Of a DNA stretch of 64,000 nucleotides, positions 46,720 to 58,280 are shown in pieces. The notes beneath the pieces were generated by a model that did no database searches, had not been told where the DNA came from, and saw only the letters and a list, made by a program, of their open reading frames with translations. The DNA lies in the IMG/VR virus record IMGVR_UViG_3300045988_180522, one strand, 5' to 3'. Source of the DNA: a virus. Every line of letters begins with the position of its first letter. Position 1 is the stretch's first letter. The translations under genes and the position numbers were made by a program.

Positions 46720-48973
46720 ATATCAGACCCCTCTTTCTGATGATTTTATGATGTCCCTGAATGAAGAGGTAAGGGACTGGCTGCTGGAAAGCCTTAATAT
46801 TCAGTTTATAAAGAATCTGGTATCACCGGACAGGGAATTTGCTAAGGACAGGCCGAGGGACAAGAATGGAAGGATTATTGTAGATCTGTGTAATCCGCAT
46901 ATCCTGACTGATATGGATTATTTTCAGCCTACAGCAAATTATTACAGGGAACATGGTGTGCTGACAGGATTAAGGCCTAATTCGAACAGGAACTCAGAAT
47001 ACGGTAAATGGCTTGCTGAAGAGGTTAACAGATGCTGGTATGGGTATGTAAGGCCTAAGGATGGAGAGTGGGTTTCCGGTGATATGTATTTCTATCTCAA
47101 CTATTCTCCTATCATACAGAATATAATGGATGAGGAGACAGGAGTGTTTGACCGTATAATGGATTTCCCGAAGATGTGGGAGCTGATATATCTGAGGTCC
47201 CACTATCATTATCAGGCAAGATTCGGCGGGATATACAATGATTTTAAGAAAGGACAGCATGCCTTTGAGATAGCCAAGCGTGGTGCTTCAAAAAGTTATT
47301 ATATGGCATCTATACTTGCCAAGCTTATTATGCTTGGTGAGAACAGGAAGGCCTATAAGAATACCAGAGGGGTTATATATGCCACTGACAAGGAAAAACT
47401 GGTGAAGGACGGGACATTGAATAAATTTCTTGATATACTTGATTTCTGTGCTGAAAATACACAGTTTCCGACACAAAGGGTAGTAGATTCCCTTGATAAA
47501 ATGACGTGGGAGATGGGATATAAGGACCTTGATACTATGTCGAATAAAGGTACTGGTAACACAACCCTTGGTGTTGTAGTAGGGGATAAGTCGGGTAAAG
47601 GGCGTGGTAAGAGGGCTAACAGGCAGATATATGAAGAGATAGGTGAATTCCCGAATCTTCTTGACGTATATACTACCAACAGAAGGTCAGTAGAGGAAGG
47701 AGGTCACTCATTCGGCCAAAGTATTGGAGTAGGTACGGGCGGGTCTAAAGAGGCTAATTTTTCCGGATGTATGGAGATCATCTTCAATCCTGCCGGGTAC
47801 AATATATATGGTCTGCCTAATGTATTCGACAAGTCCGGAGGCTCTAAGAAATGTATCCTGTTTATGGGGGCCTATATGAACAGGGCAGGATGTTACAATA
47901 AGGACGGGGTGTCAGATGTTTCTAAAGCCCTCCTTGAGATCCTTGAGGAAAGGAGAGTCATAAAATACAACTCCTCCAGGTCCTCTACCCTTGACCAGGC
48001 TATTGCAGAAGACCCTATTACCATACAGGAGGCTATCCTTAAGAAAACTACCTCAGGATATCCTGTAGCTGCCCTTGCTGAGCAGTTACAGAAAATAGAT
48101 ACTACAGCAGGATATCTGGATAGCATATATGTAGGAGATCTTGTACAGGATGAGACAGGACAGCCTAAACTGGTTACAGGTCCGGAATATGTCCCTCTGA
48201 GAACCTTTCCTCATAAGGATAACAGACAACCTGGAGCTATAGAATTCCATGCTTTCCCTGTAAAAGGAGCTGATGGTAAAGTAATGAGTAACAGATATAT
48301 AGCCGGAGGAGATACTTTTGACGATGATTCATCAGATACTTTATCATTAGGTAGTATTTATGTACTTGACCTGTTTACTGATGAGATAGTATGTGAGTAT
48401 ACAGGAAGGGAGGATTTTGCAGACCAGTTCTATGAGAAGTGCAGGCTGATATGCTTATATTACAATGCCAGACTGAACTACGAGAACAATAAGAAGGGAT
48501 TATATACATACTTTTCCAAGATGCATTGTATCTATTTGCTTACAGAAGTTCTTGATTATCTTAAAAGTAAAGAGCCTGCAAAGGATCTTCACGGTAATAA
48601 GAGCCGTGGTACACAATCTACTGAACCAGTAAAATCTTACGGCCGTGACAGGATAAAGACATGGTTGTGTGCTCCTGTCCCCAGCCCTGATTCCACAGAT
48701 GAAAACCCCATCTCCAGGCCCCGGCTGTATACCCTGAGATCAAGGGCCCTTATACAGGAACTTATCCAATGGGATCCCAATGGCAACTATGACAGGCATG
48801 ATGCATTGCTTATGCTTATGCTGCTGAGGGAGGAGATGCTGAGACTTTCAAAGGGGGATGTAAAAGGAAGATTCAGGGAAAAGGATCCTCTGGACAGGTC
48901 AGGGGATAAATTTTTCTCCAGATATGATAAGATAGTGGAAGCCAGAAAGAAGCATCAGAAACATATATTGTGA
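46700..48973 (+). CDS. terL: Terminase large subunit (757 aa)
   Basis: Walker A-like FEIAKRGASKSYYMAS, an acidic-residue-rich C-terminal nuclease-like region, and position directly upstream of the portal gene. Confidence 0.6.
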   Translation: MGIVMNKYQTPLSDDFMMSLNEEVRDWLLESLNIQFIKNLVSPDREFAKDRPRDKNGRIIVDLCNPHILTDMDYFQPTANYYREHGVLTGLRPNSNRNSEYGKWLAEEVNRCWYGYVRPKDGEWVSGDMYFYLNYSPIIQNIMDEETGVFDRIMDFPKMWELIYLRSHYHYQARFGGIYNDFKKGQHAFEIAKRGASKSYYMASILAKLIMLGENRKAYKNTRGVIYATDKEKLVKDGTLNKFLDILDFCAENTQFPTQRVVDSLDKMTWEMGYKDLDTMSNKGTGNTTLGVVVGDKSGKGRGKRANRQIYEEIGEFPNLLDVYTTNRRSVEEGGHSFGQSIGVGTGGSKEANFSGCMEIIFNPAGYNIYGLPNVFDKSGGSKKCILFMGAYMNRAGCYNKDGVSDVSKALLEILEERRVIKYNSSRSSTLDQAIAEDPITIQEAILKKTTSGYPVAALAEQLQKIDTTAGYLDSIYVGDLVQDETGQPKLVTGPEYVPLRTFPHKDNRQPGAIEFHAFPVKGADGKVMSNRYIAGGDTFDDDSSDTLSLGSIYVLDLFTDEIVCEYTGREDFADQFYEKCRLICLYYNARLNYENNKKGLYTYFSKMHCIYLLTEVLDYLKSKEPAKDLHGNKSRGTQSTEPVKSYGRDRIKTWLCAPVPSPDSTDENPISRPRLYTLRSRALIQELIQWDPNGNYDRHDALLMLMLLREEMLRLSKGDVKGRFREKDPLDRSGDKFFSRYDKIVEARKKHQKHIL

Positions 48974-49073
48974 TTACTGATAATAATATATTATCTATAG
49001 GAACAACAACAATATTTGTGTCGTTGGTATTTAATGTTTAATGTTTTAGATTTGTAGGTATAACAAGTATACT

Positions 49074-51440
49074 ATGTATCAACTTAAGAATTTGCCGCCA
49101 CAGAAGCTCCCTTATACAAAGAAGACAAAGGAGTGGAGGAAGAAACATTTGGATTGGGCTGACAGGAAGTCATTTTTCAATGACAATTTTGTCCGCAAGT
49201 CCGTGATACATAAAATGATCAATTATGATCTTCTGAGAGGTAATCTGCATATGGGAGACCTTCAGATGATTATAAATCCTGATAATGTAGAGGCTGCCTA
49301 TATACCTGAAAAGATACAGCATTATCCTATCATGAATTCAAAGCTTGAGGTATTAAGAGGGGAGGAATATAAGAGAAGATTTGATTTCAGGGTAGTGGTT
49401 ACAGATCCTAACTCTATCAGTTTCAGGGAAGATCAGAAGAAAGAAGAGCTTTTCAGTGTCCTTCAGAGCATAATAGCCGATACCTCTGACAATGAGCAGC
49501 AGTTCAATGAAAGGGTCCAGGAGGCCAGTGATTATTATATGCATGAGTGGCAGGACCTCAGGGAAATAAGAGCCAATGCATTACTCAGGCATTATTATAA
49601 GGAGCTGGAATGTAGGGATAAATTCAATGACGGGATCATGGATGCCATGGCTGTCGGAGAAGAAATATATCAGTGTGAGATAGTATCAGGCGAGCCTGTG
49701 ATAAACAGGCTTAATCCTTTAAAGGTAAGGATATTCAGGAATGGATATTCAAACAGGGTAGAGGATGCTGATATGATAGTACTGGAAGACTTCTGGTCTC
49801 CGGGACGTATAATTGATTATTTTTATGATTCGCTGACAGAGGAAGATATAAACTATATAGAGAAAATCCCGTTCTCACCTGTTGAAGGAGACGATGATAT
49901 ACAGGGGATAGATGAAAGGGCAGGATTTATGTTCCTTCCTGATGAAGGAGGAGAAGCCTTCGGACAGGGAATAGTGCCTGACTCATCGGTATTCTTCGGG
50001 GAAATACCTGGCAGAAGTTCCATGTATTATGATCTGGCAGGTAATATAAGAGTACTCAGGGTATACTGGAAATCCAGAAGAAAGGTGAAAATGGTGACAT
50101 CATTCGATGAGAATGGTGATAAGGTGGTTACCTTCCAGAATGAAGATTATGTCATTTCGGAAGAACTGGGGGAGACAGAGAAGATCTTTTGGATAAACCA
50201 GGCTTGGGGAGGCACCAAGATAGGGAAAAATATATATGTGAATATGGGTCCTCTTCCTATACAGTTTTTTCGTATGTCAAATCCTTCAAGATGTCATTTC
50301 GGAATCATAGGGACTCTGTATAACCTGAATGATCATTCCCCGTTCTCTATGGTGGATATTATGAAGCCGTTCAACTACTTATATGATGCAGTATATGACA
50401 GGCTTGTAAAAGCTATATCATCATACTGGGGTACATTGTACGATCTTGACATGGCTCAGGTCCCGGAGGACTGGGATATAGATAAATGGCTGTATTTTGC
50501 CAAAGTATCCCATATAGCTGTAAAAAATAGCTTCAATGAAGGCTCGAAGGGGGCTGCTACAGGTAAGATCGCTGGTAACTACGCCAATAACAGCAGGGGT
50601 ATGATGTCTGCCGGGGATGGTAATTACATACAGCAACTGATCAATATACTGGAATATATCCCTGTCAAGATGTCTGAACTGATAGGTATATCAAGACAGA
50701 GGGAAGGTCAGATTGATAACAGGGAAACCGTAGGAGGAGTGGAAAGGTCTACCTTACAGTCGTCACATATTACAGAATGGCTGTTTATAAAGCATAACAG
50801 CCTGAAAAGGAGAGTACTGGAATGCCTTCTTGAACTGGCAAAAGCATGTGCCAGAGGGAGGACACTGAAATTCCCTTATCTGTTATCAGATAATTCACTG
50901 GCCATGTGTGAAATAGACGGGGATGAATTTGCTGAATCAGACTACGGACTGGTAGTGGATACTGACTCTGAAGTACTGGCTCAGAAGCTTGATGCTTTGG
51001 CTGCCAATGCTTTACAGCATAACAGGCTTGATTTTTCAACCATCATGAAAATATACACCTCACAGTCATTGGCTGATACCCAGAGGATGATAGAAAAGAA
51101 TGAGAAGGAGGTAAGAGACAGGGAGATGCAGGCACAGAGGGAGGCTAATGAGGTAAGGATGTCAGAGATAGAGAATGAATCAAGGATGCGTGAGGCAGAA
51201 CTTGCCCAGAAGCAGGAAGCTAACATACGTGATAATGAGACTAAGATACTTATTGCGGGAATGTCTTCCAATGAACAGGCCTCTCCCGGCCCAGGATCTG
51301 ATGAATTGCTGGAGAAAATAAGGCAGTTCAATGAAAAGATGAAGCTGGACAGAGAGAAACTGGCTCTTGACAAGACTAAGCATGATGATGATATAGCATT
51401 GAGAAAGAAGGAATTATCCTATAAAAATACTAAAAAATGA
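49074..51440 (+). CDS. Portal protein candidate (788 aa) with C-terminal coiled coil
   Basis: Size and position after terL support the call. The C-terminal Glu/Arg-rich heptads (EVRDREMQAQREANEVRMSEIENESRMREAELAQKQ) form a coiled coil. Confidence 0.5.
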   Translation: MYQLKNLPPQKLPYTKKTKEWRKKHLDWADRKSFFNDNFVRKSVIHKMINYDLLRGNLHMGDLQMIINPDNVEAAYIPEKIQHYPIMNSKLEVLRGEEYKRRFDFRVVVTDPNSISFREDQKKEELFSVLQSIIADTSDNEQQFNERVQEASDYYMHEWQDLREIRANALLRHYYKELECRDKFNDGIMDAMAVGEEIYQCEIVSGEPVINRLNPLKVRIFRNGYSNRVEDADMIVLEDFWSPGRIIDYFYDSLTEEDINYIEKIPFSPVEGDDDIQGIDERAGFMFLPDEGGEAFGQGIVPDSSVFFGEIPGRSSMYYDLAGNIRVLRVYWKSRRKVKMVTSFDENGDKVVTFQNEDYVISEELGETEKIFWINQAWGGTKIGKNIYVNMGPLPIQFFRMSNPSRCHFGIIGTLYNLNDHSPFSMVDIMKPFNYLYDAVYDRLVKAISSYWGTLYDLDMAQVPEDWDIDKWLYFAKVSHIAVKNSFNEGSKGAATGKIAGNYANNSRGMMSAGDGNYIQQLINILEYIPVKMSELIGISRQREGQIDNRETVGGVERSTLQSSHITEWLFIKHNSLKRRVLECLLELAKACARGRTLKFPYLLSDNSLAMCEIDGDEFAESDYGLVVDTDSEVLAQKLDALAANALQHNRLDFSTIMKIYTSQSLADTQRMIEKNEKEVRDREMQAQREANEVRMSEIENESRMREAELAQKQEANIRDNETKILIAGMSSNEQASPGPGSDELLEKIRQFNEKMKLDREKLALDKTKHDDDIALRKKELSYKNTKK

Positions 51441-52924
51441 CCAAACAGGATCTTGAACAGATAAGAAGGTATTTCCTCGAAAAAGGTATCAGGGACACTG
51501 ACCTGAAAAAGGCTAATGCACTGGATGGTACTGAGATATGGGGAGTTGTACAGGGAGGAAAATCAGTAAAGATATCCATGAAGGATATACTGGTATTCCT
51601 GAAGCCTTTGATGGATGAAAATGACGGACTGTTCTGCGGATTCCATACATCTGAGGAGAACCTGAAGGGGTTATATCCTACAGCTAAGGAAGGGGCATAT
51701 GCGTGGGTGATAACAGAGGAATTTCCTGATTACCCTGGAGAAGTATATACATACAGTCTGCTGCACGGATGGGTGGCTACTGGTGTAAAAGCTTCTGACA
51801 GTTCCAAGGTAGAGCTGGATGATTATATCAAGTCACAGGAGGTGGATGAGATCAGTAAATTACCTGATTATACAGCCTCCAGGGCTATTATGGATGGTTC
51901 CGGTAATATCATAGAAGATACATATGTAAGGAGGGATGAGCTGATAGACGGGGCTATAAAGGGAGATTCTTACCTCCCTGAATTTAATACCAGTGTATTT
52001 CTTATTACAAAGGAACAGGTACAATATCCAAGTTTCCTGAGGTCTACAATAAGGGCTATTTCAGGCACCGGATATGTAAGGGATACACTGGCTATGTTCG
52101 AGGTATACGGGCTTAATGAGGCCAGTCAGGAAACTCTGATACAGGCAAGTACAGAGTTACAGAATTCCCTTATGTTCGACATATCTGTGTCTAAGTATAA
52201 ACTGATCAGGGTTAAAATATTTCAGGACCTTAAGAAATCCATACTACTGTATACGCAGGATATTCCTGTAGTAAGGGACGGAATAGACGGGAAAAATGGA
52301 AAGGATGGAATAGATGGCACAAATGGCTCTGATGGTACTAATGGTACTGACGGTCAGACTCCGTATATAGGGAGTAATGGCAACTGGTGGATAGGGGATA
52401 AGGATCTTGGCATTCTTGCACAAGGGACTAATGGAGCTCCTGGAAAAGACGGAGCTACTCCTACAATTGAGATAAGTGACCATGACACATGGGTAATCAA
52501 TGGGGAGGATACAGGGAAGAGGACGAACGGGAGGCCCTACCTTCTTACAGCCAGAATATATAATAATACTAATATGGATATCCCGCTTAAAATAAACGGG
52601 TATAAGGATCCTAATTATTTAGACAGGGTTACGGTAGGAAGATACGACGATATGATACGTGTTCTTCTATATCCTTCCTCTTCTGTTACAGTTGAAAAAC
52701 TGTATATGAGAGTAATGAATAATGTATTTACTACTACATACCCAGTAATGGACTACAGGTATACCACATCTACTGTAACAAGTATAAAGCAGGAAAGGGA
52801 TTATGTGTCTATTGTTATACTGCTTGCAGATTTCAACGGAGATGCGAATTACCATGAAGAAAGAAGTGATCTTATGATATTCATACCATCACTGCTTGAT
52901 AGTGATTATTTCCGTACTTTATAG
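51437..52924 (+). CDS. Tail fibre protein with collagen-like G-X-Y repeats (495 aa)
   Basis: GIDGKNGKDGIDGTNGSDGTNGTDGQTPYIGSNGNWWIGDKDLG...GAPGKDGATPTI. Confidence 0.65.
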   Translation: MTKQDLEQIRRYFLEKGIRDTDLKKANALDGTEIWGVVQGGKSVKISMKDILVFLKPLMDENDGLFCGFHTSEENLKGLYPTAKEGAYAWVITEEFPDYPGEVYTYSLLHGWVATGVKASDSSKVELDDYIKSQEVDEISKLPDYTASRAIMDGSGNIIEDTYVRRDELIDGAIKGDSYLPEFNTSVFLITKEQVQYPSFLRSTIRAISGTGYVRDTLAMFEVYGLNEASQETLIQASTELQNSLMFDISVSKYKLIRVKIFQDLKKSILLYTQDIPVVRDGIDGKNGKDGIDGTNGSDGTNGTDGQTPYIGSNGNWWIGDKDLGILAQGTNGAPGKDGATPTIEISDHDTWVINGEDTGKRTNGRPYLLTARIYNNTNMDIPLKINGYKDPNYLDRVTVGRYDDMIRVLLYPSSSVTVEKLYMRVMNNVFTTTYPVMDYRYTTSTVTSIKQERDYVSIVILLADFNGDANYHEERSDLMIFIPSLLDSDYFRTL

Positions 52925-52927
52925 GCT

Positions 52928-54118
52928 ATGAAGAATATACAACAGTTACTGGCAAAGGATAAAGAATCAGGGGAGTGGATACATATATACCCACTGTCAT
53001 TTGTAGAGACTGTATATAATGGTGCTACAGGTGAAAGACTGGATAATATACTGTTCCATTTCAACTGTATTGCAGTTCCATATAAAGGGACTATATATGA
53101 TACCAGGAATTCTGTAAGGAAGCAATTCCGCAGGAAGGGTCTTGAGATTTCCTATATCATGACAGATGGTACCATAAAGATAGAAAGGTATACTGCCATG
53201 GTAGTAGACGACAGAAGCTGGGGAGACGATGAAAACTGGGAATCTGCCAGTAACAGGGATATTCCGAAAGGCAGTATTACCTCTGAATCTTTATCCAGAG
53301 AACTTCTTGAGTATCTTGAAGGTGTGGTAGGTCAGAAGGGAGATAAGGGGGATCCAGGTGATGACGGGGAGGCGGCTACAATATCTGTCGGCACTGTACA
53401 TACTGTACAGCCTAATGAAGAAGCTAAAGTGGTAAATTCAGGGACTCCGAACAAAGCTATGTTTGATTTCTGGATTCCCAGAGGAGTAAATGGCACCACC
53501 CCGGACCTGGAGGTTGGAAATGTTGAGACATTGGATCCTGGTACCGATGCCAGAGCTTCCATTACAGGACCTCTGGAATTTCCCAAACTGAATCTTTTTA
53601 TTCCTAGAGGGGATAAAGGGGATTTCTTTTTTATGGTATTGAATACGAACAGCATCTTTGTAGATGCTTTCGGAATACCTTATCCCGGTGAATTACATGC
53701 CACCATACGAAGGATAGACGGGTTTGGGGACCAGTCTGTAATTCCCTGTTATTACCAGATAGATGAAAGTCTTGACGGGGTGGACTTCCATACTGTATAC
53801 AGGTCAGGCTCCTCTCCTGAAAAGGAGATGACTCCTTTTAAACTTCCCGGCAATGATGAATGCCGCAGATGTTACATGATAAAGGCCTTCCTGGACCCCG
53901 GTTTTGACCTTGCCGTATCTGTTGAATACATATGGAGGGTAAAGGACGGGGAACCTAATACCCCTCAGGAGGTTATAGATATGCTTAAGGCTTATCTGAA
54001 AGAATCAGGAGCTAACCAGGTGGCTTTTATAACAGATGAAGGAGATCTTGTGGGAGGAGGCTCTTATGAGGAATTTGAAGAAGCAGTATTAAATGAATTA
54101 CCTGATGCATTAAAATAA
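52928..54118 (+). CDS. Tail fibre protein with short collagen-like segment (396 aa)
   Basis: GQKGDKGDPGDDGEAATISVGTVHTVQPNEEAKVVNSGTPNKAMFDFWIPRGVNGTTPDLEVGNVETLDPG. Confidence 0.6.
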   Translation: MKNIQQLLAKDKESGEWIHIYPLSFVETVYNGATGERLDNILFHFNCIAVPYKGTIYDTRNSVRKQFRRKGLEISYIMTDGTIKIERYTAMVVDDRSWGDDENWESASNRDIPKGSITSESLSRELLEYLEGVVGQKGDKGDPGDDGEAATISVGTVHTVQPNEEAKVVNSGTPNKAMFDFWIPRGVNGTTPDLEVGNVETLDPGTDARASITGPLEFPKLNLFIPRGDKGDFFFMVLNTNSIFVDAFGIPYPGELHATIRRIDGFGDQSVIPCYYQIDESLDGVDFHTVYRSGSSPEKEMTPFKLPGNDECRRCYMIKAFLDPGFDLAVSVEYIWRVKDGEPNTPQEVIDMLKAYLKESGANQVAFITDEGDLVGGGSYEEFEEAVLNELPDALK

Positions 54119-54125
54119 GACTGAG

Positions 54126-57100
54126 ATGGATAAAATCTTACAGCAAATAGGAACGTTTCTAGGAAGAAAATTCAGTAAAATATATACTATTTTCAACGAT
54201 AAGTATAATGAACTGGATAATAAAAAGGTAGACAAGGAGGAAGGTAAGGAGCTGATGCCTTCACCGGAAGGAGCTTCTGATACTGTATTTCTGTCTGAAA
54301 CAGGATGGAGAGAAGTGAACACAGATAAGATCAGGACTCATGTCATAAGCATTTCTATTCCTTTTGATTCTGCATGGGATTTTAATGGCGCACAGGAGAT
54401 TACCCTGGAAGAAGGTGATTATGACAGGGATGAGGCCGATTCATTTATATATGACTATTTCAGGTATAATAATCCAAATGTAGTAATAAGGAATACTAAT
54501 ACTACTACACAGTCTGCTCAAAAAGGTTATCATACTGTATGGAAGGTAGCCCTGGATACCATTGCAGAAGGAAGAGCTTTAAGACTTTATCTGGATATTC
54601 CTGAGAATCTGAGTTTTACCATGGCTCCTGAAAGAGATAGTGCCAGATTTACAAGATATTGTATTCTCCTCTATCTGTCTCAGGATGAAGGGAATCAGAC
54701 CTATACACTCAATAGTATAGGAATACTTCCGAATGGTACTGACAGTTTCATCCCAAGGAAATACCTGGATGGTAAGTTAAGTGACATTACAAGTTCTTAT
54801 CTGCCATTATCCGGAGGATTGATGACTGGTAATATAGCTTTCCCTGATGGTAAGGGACTTGGATCTGCTGTCGGCCAGTCTGATTTACTGGTAAGGAGCG
54901 GGAATATTGTAAAGCTTGGATCTGCCGGATTTTCTGCCAGATTATATGCTGAAAATCCTGTTGTCCGTGAGGGCCAGGAGGGGATGTTTACAATGTATGA
55001 CACTTCGAATCTGGATATAGATAAGCCGTTTGTAACTGATCTGTGGGCTGTATATGATGCAGAAGGTAAAAATACCCAGAGTATAGCTGTAGATTTGTAT
55101 AATCCTGTTGCTAAGTCAGCGACTAAGGTATACAGGGAATTACTGCCTGTCACTGATACGAATATGGGTCTTATAACTCCCTACTATAAGTCAACTTTAG
55201 ATGGATTAATAGGTCCATCCGGGAATAAATTAAATATTTATGGCACACCTTCTTCTGCGTGGATGATAGGCTCTGTAGGGCCTGTATTGAAGAATTCAGG
55301 AGGTATATTTGAGCTGCGTAATAATATAGATAATGCCTATACTGACCTTATCCTCAATAATATTACAATTAAGGGTAATGTTACCCAGGAAGGGTCATCA
55401 TTCATAACAGAAGCTGAGACTGTAGAAGTATCCGATAATATTCTTCTTTTAAACAGAGGGGAGGTAGGATCCGGGGTTACAAAGGGAATTTCAGGTATAC
55501 AGGTAGATCGGGGAGCCCTTACTGATTATCAGTTTATATTCGACGAATCTGATGACAGGTTCAAGGTAGGGGTAGAAGGGGATTTATGGCCTGTGATGTT
55601 AAGGAACAATGAATCTGATCTTAGTGATAAGTTCTTCCTGTCATGGGATGCTTCCCTTAAAAGAGCAGTAACTACGAATGTTGTTCCTGAAACAGGGCTT
55701 CTCTTTTCAGGTGGAGTAAGTAATCACCCTGAATATGATATTACTGTAGCAGCAACTGGTAGTGGTAGTATTGGATTCGGTGCTTTACAAGCGAACACCC
55801 CATGGTCATGTACAATAGGATATAATTTAAATACCAGAGATGTGCCAAGTGCTGATATTCTGGACTTTGCCACATCATTGAATGCTTACAGGTATGATAA
55901 GCCTTCCGTATTAAACATGATATATTTTGATACCTATCTTAGCCCTAACAGTATAGAGCCATACGGAACCAGTAGTATATCACTGACTACAGGATCCGGT
56001 GATGATCTTATACATACTAAAGGAGGTCAGAATTATATCATCTATGATTCCAGTAATCTGAATATAGAAGAACTAGCTACTAAGGACGACATATCAGGCT
56101 TAGGTACTGTATACTATCCTTATAGTGGCAGAGGTCATATGACTATAGGAGCAGATGGGAGACCTATATTAGCTAATAACCAAGGAATACTATTTAATAC
56201 AACATCTGATGCTGTTGAAGGAATATACGTAACTACTAATGGCCATTTAATTATTGGAGGTTCTAAATTTAATAATATTCCTGTAGATATTTATAATGAC
56301 CTGAGTATAGCCAGAATTCTTGACAGAGCTACTAATTTTTCTCTTCTTGTATTCAGTAACGGAGGTACTGAGGATTCACAGTACACTCATATAGGAGCTG
56401 AACACGGAACTACGAGAATAAGATCAGGATTATTTAATTTAGTACATGATAGGGGAGGTACGTTATATACAGTATTTGACGGATATAATTTTTCCAGGAA
56501 TCTTGATACTATAAGCATAAATAGTTCATTTAACCATCTTCCAATGATGGCAGCTCAAATAAAAAGTGGTGATGCTACTACTGATAGAGGATATCCTATA
56601 CAAGAGGCAGGATCTCTCGTTGTTATTCCGGGAACATATCATGGATCTAGTCAAATTTATGGTACATATAGTACTAATAGGTGGTTTGTGAGAGGAGGAT
56701 CTAATTCTTTGGAAGATCCTACAGCACATACATCTTGGAAAGAATTAGCTACTACGAATCATTTGAGTAATTATTTGCCTCTGACTGGTGGTACTATGAC
56801 TGGGAATATAATGTTCCCTACTTCGGAAGTTTATATAGTACAGACTCTTGCATCAACATCAAATTATGGTGCTCCTATTAGATGGATGGTAGGTAATGAA
56901 ACAAGGGCTATGATAGGATATCATACTACAGGAGGAGATGGCACTGCTGGAGCTATAATAATAACTCCTACAAATCCAGGGAGTTCTCCTTGGGAGAATG
57001 GTAATGGGTTATTTTTAGACAGAAATAAGATTTACTTTAATGGACAGGAATTAGCTAAAGTATCTCAAATTCCTTCTACATCTGATTTTTTACCATTATC

Positions 57101-58280
57101 TGGAGGGACTCTTACTGGAGAGTTAACTGTTCCAAGAATTAACACAGGTCATATAGAAAGTATAGATGGTAATGCTCTACTAACCTACCGTCAAGCTGGA
57201 ATTACTGGAGTAACTAATGAACAAGTAGGAGTTGGTACCATAGCAAATCAAATGATACTGCGATCAAATAATACTAATTTAATGCACTACAAAAATGGTA
57301 CACAATATACTATTTTAGATACGTCTAACATAGCATCATTGACTATCCAATTCAACGGATCTACTAATACTACCTATGCTCCTAATGCAGCTAAAACTGT
57401 AAATATCACTCCTGCTGCTATTGGGGCAGCTGCTTCCAGTCATACACATACAACACTTCAAGGGACTTATACAGGTTCTGGAGGGTCTCAGCCACCAAGT
57501 TATGTTACAGCAGGAACACTAAGAGCTAATATGATGTATTATAATATGTCCGGAAGTCCTTATTGTGACTGGTTAATGATGGATACATATACCGGATCTG
57601 ATGTGCCTTATGTCACTATGATAGGGGTGACAAAGACTGCAACTCCAAGAGCTTTTATTGCTTCTGGTCCTAAAGGTAATGCAAGTACCAGTTCCTGGGT
57701 AAGAAAAGAACTTGCCACTGTAGATGCTATTCCGACAACTATGGCGTGGGGTAGTATTACAGGAAAACCATCATTTGCTACCGTAGCTACATCCGGAAGT
57801 TATAATGATTTAAGTAACAGGCCTTCTATTCCAAGTGCTGAGACAGCTGCTACTATTATGTCAAAAATTAACTCCCAGTCTGAAATTACTTTCAGTAAAC
57901 ACGTAGTATGTTCAGCCGGAGCAGGTACTTCTTCTACATCTGATATCAGATTTAAGAACAATATCACCCCCCTGGCCCCTGTATTGTCACATGTTCTTGG
58001 ATCACCCGGATTCTTCTATACATGGAAGGATGAGGATGAAGTACTGATAGGGACATCGGCTCAGTATTGGGAAGGCAGGATTACAGAGCTTGTAAGGGAG
58101 ATAAATGATGAGGATAAAACCAAAACATTCTCCTATGAGAGATACACTGTTATATTACAGGAAGCTCTTAAAGAGGAACATATGCTAAGAGAAACAGAGA
58201 AGGAAGAGTATAGAAAAGAGATTTGTTCTCTGAGAGAGGAATTGGAAGATTTGAAAAGACTAATACAGAAACTGTTATGA
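54126..58280 (+). CDS. Large tail fibre or spike (1384 aa) with C-terminal peptidase-S74-type intramolecular chaperone domain
   Basis: The C-terminal SSTSDIRFKNNITPL...GSPGFFYTWKDE carries the S-D-x-R-x-K auto-proteolytic motif of endosialidase-type chaperone domains and is followed by a coiled coil. Confidence 0.65.
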   Translation: MDKILQQIGTFLGRKFSKIYTIFNDKYNELDNKKVDKEEGKELMPSPEGASDTVFLSETGWREVNTDKIRTHVISISIPFDSAWDFNGAQEITLEEGDYDRDEADSFIYDYFRYNNPNVVIRNTNTTTQSAQKGYHTVWKVALDTIAEGRALRLYLDIPENLSFTMAPERDSARFTRYCILLYLSQDEGNQTYTLNSIGILPNGTDSFIPRKYLDGKLSDITSSYLPLSGGLMTGNIAFPDGKGLGSAVGQSDLLVRSGNIVKLGSAGFSARLYAENPVVREGQEGMFTMYDTSNLDIDKPFVTDLWAVYDAEGKNTQSIAVDLYNPVAKSATKVYRELLPVTDTNMGLITPYYKSTLDGLIGPSGNKLNIYGTPSSAWMIGSVGPVLKNSGGIFELRNNIDNAYTDLILNNITIKGNVTQEGSSFITEAETVEVSDNILLLNRGEVGSGVTKGISGIQVDRGALTDYQFIFDESDDRFKVGVEGDLWPVMLRNNESDLSDKFFLSWDASLKRAVTTNVVPETGLLFSGGVSNHPEYDITVAATGSGSIGFGALQANTPWSCTIGYNLNTRDVPSADILDFATSLNAYRYDKPSVLNMIYFDTYLSPNSIEPYGTSSISLTTGSGDDLIHTKGGQNYIIYDSSNLNIEELATKDDISGLGTVYYPYSGRGHMTIGADGRPILANNQGILFNTTSDAVEGIYVTTNGHLIIGGSKFNNIPVDIYNDLSIARILDRATNFSLLVFSNGGTEDSQYTHIGAEHGTTRIRSGLFNLVHDRGGTLYTVFDGYNFSRNLDTISINSSFNHLPMMAAQIKSGDATTDRGYPIQEAGSLVVIPGTYHGSSQIYGTYSTNRWFVRGGSNSLEDPTAHTSWKELATTNHLSNYLPLTGGTMTGNIMFPTSEVYIVQTLASTSNYGAPIRWMVGNETRAMIGYHTTGGDGTAGAIIITPTNPGSSPWENGNGLFLDRNKIYFNGQELAKVSQIPSTSDFLPLSGGTLTGELTVPRINTGHIESIDGNALLTYRQAGITGVTNEQVGVGTIANQMILRSNNTNLMHYKNGTQYTILDTSNIASLTIQFNGSTNTTYAPNAAKTVNITPAAIGAAASSHTHTTLQGTYTGSGGSQPPSYVTAGTLRANMMYYNMSGSPYCDWLMMDTYTGSDVPYVTMIGVTKTATPRAFIASGPKGNASTSSWVRKELATVDAIPTTMAWGSITGKPSFATVATSGSYNDLSNRPSIPSAETAATIMSKINSQSEITFSKHVVCSAGAGTSSTSDIRFKNNITPLAPVLSHVLGSPGFFYTWKDEDEVLIGTSAQYWEGRITELVREINDEDKTKTFSYERYTVILQEALKEEHMLRETEKEEYRKEICSLREELEDLKRLIQKLL